Below are positions 60,760 through 64,000 of a stretch of DNA of 64,000 bases, piece after piece; the stretch's first letter is position 1, and each line of letters begins with the position of its first letter. Made by a program: the position numbers and the translations under genes. The DNA lies in the NCBI GenBank assembly GCA_977018835.1, contig OZ361256.1, positions 5,828,001-5,892,000 on the forward strand, written 5' to 3'. The notes under the pieces were generated by a model, which was not told where the DNA came from, made no database searches, and saw nothing but the letters and a program-made list of their open reading frames with translations. This DNA is from Minutocellus sp. GHC0000111 (Eukaryota).

Positions 60760-63098
60760 CCTCAAAATCAGTTCCTTCAAGGACATGCTCTTGGTTGGAG
60801 TCATGTCAAAGTAGAGTTGGCGCTGAGCCTCCGCAGCATCACCCAACTGTCGCTCTTACTTCCAAAGGGATGCTTCATCGACAATGGGTGATTTGGCCGG
60901 CGGTAGCTTCGATACAGGGACATCCTTCTGCGCCGAGCAGGTCTTGTATCGTTGTGTCAGATCGTCCTTGGACAGGTCATGCTGGGGACAGGACGTTTGT
61001 GGAAGGGCGTCGTATCCGAAGACTCAATAGTCCATGTGATAGATCCGCTCGATTGCGGCTACAGTCTCGGGACGAAGATCTTGGCATTTGGACTGTTGAT
61101 GGGTCATTGCTTCGTTGATTTTCAGCTCATCCGGAACAGGAACCTGAAAGTCAGACGAAAGCTTGTCGAGACTTTCGGTCCAGGTCTCTTGGCACATGGT
61201 AATATCAAGGCCGTAGGTGCCATCGGAGTGAAAGAGATATTGCCACATCGGCGAGAAGTGCGCTTCCCGCAAAAGTTCTGGGTTCTTCTCGATTTCTGCA
61301 ACAAACTCGTTGATGGACTTGTCGCCAATGTGTTCACCTGTCCATATCTTGTCGCCATGATTGGCCTGATTTGAAGTCATGAACTCGTAGGCATCGATGA
61401 AGCGATCGCAGGGGTGACGAATGTGCGCAGCCTTGGTGAAGTCGGAGATTCCTCTCTTTTCTGAGTCTTTCGTCATGGATTCAATGTCATGATGGCTCCC
61501 AACTTCATGATGGGGCCATGCGTCGTTGAAGAGAGGAGAGTTCTCGACGATGAGACCTCCTGTCTGGGGGACATGAACGTATTGAAAGGAGTTCTCGCGG
61601 CTAATGGCCATGGTTCCGTCTGTATCGTACAGAGAGACATCAGTTGCGTCGGCATTGTGCATGGCGCCGCCGCTACTGGCAGTAGAGGCAGAAGAGTCAA
61701 AGTTGAAATCAGGGCCTTCGCACAACTTTGACCATCGAGTAAGGAACTCAGCAATAAGAAGTGGCCGAGCTTCCAGAAAGTCGAATCGGTCGGTGGAAGC
61801 ATGAGAGAAATGGAGGGCCAGGATGTCCTTGGTTTCTTCGCATGAGTTGTGGCTCAGTCCATGACGACGCATCATGTCTCGTATCCAATTGGCGTCGAGA
61901 TCGTGGCTCATAACTTCCATAAATTCTGTGGCTTGGCGGACTGCCAATGGATAGTGGACGATGACCTCCTTCTTTTCGGTCAAGGCCAAGAGTGCGTGCA
62001 TGTCCGAGAAGAGGCTTTCACCCCTTCCCTTGGCCGCCATGCCTTCACGGACCAATGAATTGGCAACGCGTTCCCACTCGGCACTATTGCCAACAATGAG
62101 AGATGGAACGTGTGACTCGTAGGTGGTGAACTGCCCCTCGTTGGGCAGGCTCGAGCCATAAACGGCAGGGTCAATGTTGAGAGGAGATGTGTCGTAGTCC
62201 GTCATCCAACCACCTCCGCTGGCGGCCATGGCAACGTGACGGAGGTAACAGGAGCGGTCGTAGAAGACGTTGTCTCCCAAAGGAACTTCCTTGAGCTTGG
62301 CGTCGATATCGGCAAAGTCGGGGTGGGCCTCGGCATCCTTGATGCTTAGGATGCGCTGCAATCATGTTGAAGGAAGGAGACGATAATACAAATATCCTTG
62401 TGTGAGATGCCGGTCGTTATCGATATCGTTTCCACCCTTCCACCCCATGCACAAAAGAAATAAATACACGTAATGTAGGAACCACCACAAAGCACCCAAA
62501 CTGGAGTCGATACTACTTACCGGGTTCCATCTGGCGCCGGACCAGGCCTGCTTCCAAACCGCCAAGGTCTCGGCGTCGATCTGGCTGATCTGCCGCCCCT
62601 CCGGTATTGCGAAGAAGGTGTTGACCACCGGACGAGGATCGGTCTCGTCGAACGCAAAGATGTTGGATTCGTCGGCCAGAAATGGCTCGGCGAGCTTTTG
62701 CACCGTTTGAACAATGGCAGGATCGACCTCGTTCACCGTGGCAAGTCTGCGCGAAGATGAGCCACGAAGGGCGTCGGAGGAGGCGGCGGCGGCGGCGAGC
62801 CTTCGAGAATGCCGAAGGTTGCCGCCTGCTGCTGTGCTGCCCAAACTGCCAAACTGGCCGGAGGACGACAGCATGAGTACCGCCGCGCCGGATGCCGCCC
62901 AAAGAGCGGCCGAAAGCATCCTTGGTTTCGCACCGGCTTGGACTAGTTGGTGCAGCGATCGGTGCGACAGAAGATGGTCGTTCTCGATACTAACGGTAGT
63001 AGAAGGACGTGGCCGATGGTGCCGGCGGCTACTGCGGCTGCTGCTGCTGCCGCGACGACGCTGCTGCCTTTGCTGTTCGACGGGAGCAGTTGACAATG
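60760..63098 (-). CDS. Glycosyltransferase-like + sulfotransferase fusion, copy B; intron 62520-62356; in-frame stops at 61026-61024 (TGA) and 60858-60856 (TAA)
   Basis: Collinear with copy A, including intron position (WNP-RIL). Homology continues past both stops (VFGYDALPQ; RQLYFDMTPTKSMSL). Confidence 0.8.
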
Positions 63099-63519
63099 GC
63101 ATCTTGACTATGTAGAAATTCTAGTAGTATGCCGACCCGGTAGCCTACTTACGCAGAAGATGGTTGAGCAGCTTATATTGGCTTGGGTGTGAGGCAGGCA
63201 GTGCTAGTGTACTAGTAGACAGTGCTGTAGGTGGATTATTTCCAGGTATGCATGTCATGTTGGAAGTCATGGCCCTGCTCTAATGGCCTCTTTCTCAGCG
63301 ATCACGGAGGCATTGTTGTGTCAGATGTTTGTGTCCTGCGCGTGACCCCAACACCAAAACTGGCATTTCGGGGCCATGTCAGCTGGCTCCTGCTGCTGGT
63401 GCGAAGCTGCGAAGCTTATGAAAGCGGCGACGGCCTTGGCCCTGCCTGGAGGAAGATCAGGAGCTTCCGCAACAGCACATATTGCCGGTAGCGGCAATGA
63501 AACCGTAACCAGCATCATC

Positions 63520-64000
63520 ATGCCCGCATTCCAGAACAACACTATCAATAGTAGTAGTCCCAGTCCCAGCCGTCGACAAAGAAGACGGCGGAGGGGGCTT
63601 TTCGTGATGGGCGTCACCGGCGTCGTCGGGGCCCTGGGCGTGCTGCAGCGGTCGTCTACCCTCCCCCCGTCGTCGAGCGATAATTATCAACACCAGTCGT
63701 CTTTTTCTTCTTTCTCCCAACACGGCGGCATGCTCCAGCTTCGCGACGACAATGGCGCTGTTGCTGCGGGATTATTCCGCCTGTTCGGCTTGGCCACGAA
63801 CGGCCATTCTTACGGCCACGGCCGGAGCCTTTCGCTCACCCTCCCCGACGGGTCGGAATGCCGCACCGACAACCAAAACGATGAAGCACCGCCCATTACC
63901 ACGCATCTGTCCGACCGGCCCCTATCGGATCCCGCCGTCCTGGCGTCGTATCCCGGGAGCGGATCCGAAATGACGAAAACGCTCGTCGAGGGACTCACCC
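63520..64000 (+). CDS. WSCD-like type II membrane sulfotransferase, runs off the window end
   Basis: Absent from the ORF track because it has no stop. My translation: MPAFQNN..RRRRGLFVMGVTGVVGALGVL...PAVLASYPGSGSEMTKTLVEGLT, which contains the PAPS-binding 5'-PSB loop. Confidence 0.8.
   Translation, partial: MPAFQNNTINSSSPSPSRRQRRRRRGLFVMGVTGVVGALGVLQRSSTLPPSSSDNYQHQSSFSSFSQHGGMLQLRDDNGAVAAGLFRLFGLATNGHSYGHGRSLSLTLPDGSECRTDNQNDEAPPITTHLSDRPLSDPAVLASYPGSGSEMTKTLVEGLT

Overview
This is eukaryotic, gene-dense DNA with short GT-AG introns, most consistent with a diatom or other stramenopile (inferred from an HSF with the diatom-type H-x-Y-H-D pre-domain motif and the gene families present). Recognisable host genes: VPS18, exosome CSL4, a TMEM42-like protein, a G-protein gamma subunit, an ABCG half-transporter, a PPR protein, an HSF, two IQ-motif proteins, a triple-SAP-domain protein, an AT-hook/NUMOD1-like protein with a partial duplicate, a DUF4258-like/vWA/alpha-kinase, and three Golgi-type sulfotransferases (two are glycosyltransferase-like/sulfotransferase fusions). 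Two large IS630-Tc1-mariner elements with DEKWF transposases lie at about 43.7-47.1 kb (DD39D, TIRs and TA flanks visible) and about 50.2-54.5 kb (HMG-box-like segments, convergent second ORF, ends not resolved). The most unusual signal is a sharply bounded TpA-depleted, tyrosine-free patch in the 5' half of the second element, echoed more weakly in the first, suggesting a transposon-directed TpA>TpG/CpA mutational process. Many genes carry single frameshifts or stops, which may be assembly consensus errors or real decay. All domain calls are by-eye motif recognition; no database searches were run.
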